From NCBI GenBank assembly GCA_964489945.1, contig CAZBAY010000003.1:1-33820 (forward strand): DNA of 33,820 bases, given 5' to 3'. Shown in pieces: positions 32,092-33,820 of this stretch (within the stretch, counting starts at the first letter, position 1; every line of letters starts with the position of its first letter). The stretch is from an uncultured Planctomycetia bacterium. Lineage in GTDB: Bacteria > Omnitrophota > Gorgyraeia > 2-02-FULL-51-18. Position numbers and translations under genes: made by a program. The notes beneath the pieces are model-generated. The model made no database searches and was not told where the DNA came from. It worked only from the letters and a program-made list of their open reading frames with translations.

Positions 32092-33820
32092 TTAACTTGA
32101 ATAGCCACGTATTCGATTGCCGACGGAAAGGCGTAAACGCCGGACGATCAAAAGCAAACCGGCGGCGACGAAGAATGCCTGAGGAACCCACATCCAAACG
32201 ACAAAGGGCTTGAATTCAAAGCTCACCTCCTCCGTGCCGGGAGGCACGGTGACACCCAAATAAAAATCGTTGATCCGGACCGTTTTCAGGTCCACCCCTT
32301 TCGAACGCGCGCGCCAATGGGGGTGATACTGCTGGCTCACGAACAGAACGCTGTCGCGCTCGAGCGGCGACACACGGAAAACGATCTCATCGTCGAGCGA
32401 CACCGTACGAACAACGCGGAACGCCGCATGCGCTTCAAGCGGGCCCTTGAGCCGTATGCCGGAATCCGTTTCCGAGAAATCGGCCGTCTGCGCTTCAAGC
32501 CGCGCGCGCCACGCGGGCCGGTAAAATTTGTAGCCGTCCAGCTCGCCGATCCTTTTGAGGCGCTCCGCGGAAAGCTCATCGCGCGAAATGAACAAGCTGA
32601 TCCCCGTGTAGGTGAACGCATCGTCCCGGAGCCGCACGTCGGAGGAGATCTTATTGAAGATCCGTCCAAACGTGCTCGTGCCCACTTCGCTCAGCCGGCC
32701 AACGAGGTCCTGGTAATGCCGCGACGAGAGCGAGTCATAGGAATGGATACTGCGCAGGCCCGCGAGCGACTCCATGTTCGGCGGCAGAAGTTTCCCTTTT
32801 TCACTGATGAACGCATAGCGCGCGCCACCGGCCGTTTCGGATCGGATGAGATCCACGATCGCGGAACCTCTTTGGATCGCCCCAAGAGGCTGCGTTTTCA
32901 GCCTCACCTCGCCGAAGATCGCCGCAAAGACAAGCAACACAAGGAGGATGCGGCTTCGCGTGAGGAAAAAAAGATAAGCGGCGGCGATCATCAAACCATC
33001 CGTCAGCAGGGTCTCGACCGAGAAACCGTCCCCCTTTCCGCGTATCCAGAGCGGCACGACGATCCATTTCACAAGATAAAACGGCAGCACGCCTAACGCG
33101 AAGATCGCGTGGACGCGTCTGGCCGGGATGCCTTCGCGCAGGAGCCGGTCGGCCGCGCCGGCCGCGAGGACACAGGCGGGCACAAGCACCGGATAAAGCA
33201 GGAAATTGTTCCCGCGCGAGAGACCGAACCCGAGATGCTGCGCCGCGAAAAGCCTGACCGGCGGGACGAACATGAGTAGCATGACCGCCGCGATGCAGGC
33301 TTTCCAGTAGCGCCTTTCGGCCGATCCACGCTCCGCCAGCGCCAGGAAAAAGAGCGCGAGGAAAAGCGGCGTGAAGTCGGAAAAAAACCGCAGCGCTTTT
33401 GCGATCACCTGTCCCTCGATCTCCCCCGAGTGGAAATATTCGTCGGGCAGTGACCACCGGCCGGAAAACGCGGCGCGTGTATAAAGGTCCGCGAACACCG
33501 GCATCGCCGCAAGCACACCCGCGGCGGCCCAGGCTGCAAGGCCGGCACCGCGTCGCCATTTTTCGGCCGGACGCGCATCAAGCCGTGTGAGCTCAAGCCA
33601 CGTGAAGCCGGCGAGGAAATAAGTAAAGAGCACGACGAGCTGGGGATAGCCTGTCAAAAAAAGGCTGTGGGAGGCGAACGCGATCCCGACGCCTGCCGCG
33701 AGGGACGGTTTGCGCAGATAACGCGGCACGAGCCAGAAAAGCGCGACCGTCCAGCACACGGCGAACGACATCGGCAAATTCTTGTGGCGCGCAGCAAACC
33801 ACGAACCGAGCACAAAGAAT
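32092..33820 (-). CDS. large polytopic membrane protein, YfhO-like/GT-C-like (N-terminus beyond window edge)
   Basis: At least 10 N-terminal TM helices, a soluble domain of about 200 aa, then one terminal TM helix (VVWMWVPQAFFVAAGLLLIV). The frame is still open at base 33820. The family call rests on topology only. Confidence 0.5.
   Translation of the reverse strand, partial: FFVLGSWFAARHKNLPMSFAVCWTVALFWLVPRYLRKPSLAAGVGIAFASHSLFLTGYPQLVVLFTYFLAGFTWLELTRLDARPAEKWRRGAGLAAWAAAGVLAAMPVFADLYTRAAFSGRWSLPDEYFHSGEIEGQVIAKALRFFSDFTPLFLALFFLALAERGSAERRYWKACIAAVMLLMFVPPVRLFAAQHLGFGLSRGNNFLLYPVLVPACVLAAGAADRLLREGIPARRVHAIFALGVLPFYLVKWIVVPLWIRGKGDGFSVETLLTDGLMIAAAYLFFLTRSRILLVLLVFAAIFGEVRLKTQPLGAIQRGSAIVDLIRSETAGGARYAFISEKGKLLPPNMESLAGLRSIHSYDSLSSRHYQDLVGRLSEVGTSTFGRIFNKISSDVRLRDDAFTYTGISLFISRDELSAERLKRIGELDGYKFYRPAWRARLEAQTADFSETDSGIRLKGPLEAHAAFRVVRTVSLDDEIVFRVSPLERDSVLFVSQQYHPHWRARSKGVDLKTVRINDFYLGVTVPPGTEEVSFEFKPFVVWMWVPQAFFVAAGLLLIVRRLRLSVGNRIRGYSS

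Noticed and set aside
1-33820. CRISPR arrays, large tandem repeats, IS elements, toxin-antitoxin or known defence-system genes.
   Set aside because: I observed no periodic repeat-spacer structure and no nuclease, helicase, methylase or transposase-like ORFs. All sizeable ORFs are accounted for by metabolic, transport or glycan-biosynthesis functions.

Overview
This is a bacterial chromosomal window of moderately high GC. I cannot assign a taxon from sequence alone. It is densely coding and has three parts. (1) 1-2.9 kb: the 3' end of an alpha-glucan phosphorylase gene, then two divergently transcribed genes for signal-peptide proteins (an acidic secreted protein and a FecR-domain protein). 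Each of these is followed after exactly 6 nt by a tRNA gene, tRNA-Arg(ACG) and tRNA-Ser(CGA). (2) 2.9-15.9 kb, minus strand: a 12-gene, about 13 kb array with almost no intergenic space and many ATGA start/stop overlaps. It combines nitrite reductase (nirB, nirD), a four-cluster ferredoxin fused to a DmsC-like 8-TM membrane anchor, a NasA-type molybdopterin nitrate reductase without a Tat signal, a TehA/SLAC1-family anion transporter, a TauE/SafE-family anion transporter, and a complete bis-MGD molybdenum cofactor pathway (moaA, moaC-mog fusion, moeA, moaD, moaE, mobA). Its roughly 330-nt upstream region contains two adjacent perfect palindromes and a terminator-like hairpin with a U7 tract just before nirB. 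(3) 16.2-33.8 kb: an ArnC-like/ArnT-like pair on the plus strand converges end to end on a 14-gene minus-strand glycan locus. That locus encodes a Wzm/Wzt ABC exporter, six or seven glycosyltransferase domains, a deacetylase-like protein, an AlkP/NPP-family enzyme, a YfhO-like membrane protein and three sulfotransferases of two different families. My top candidate for something novel is this apparently sulfated, ABC-exported polysaccharide pathway. It includes a translationally coupled deacetylase-like/sulfotransferase pair that resembles a split N-deacetylase/N-sulfotransferase. The second candidate is the predicted quinol-linked cytoplasmic nitrate reductase module with non-canonical anion transporters. 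I saw no CRISPR array, transposase, integrase, rRNA or prophage signature. All family assignments come from motif recognition by eye and need HMM or structure searches.
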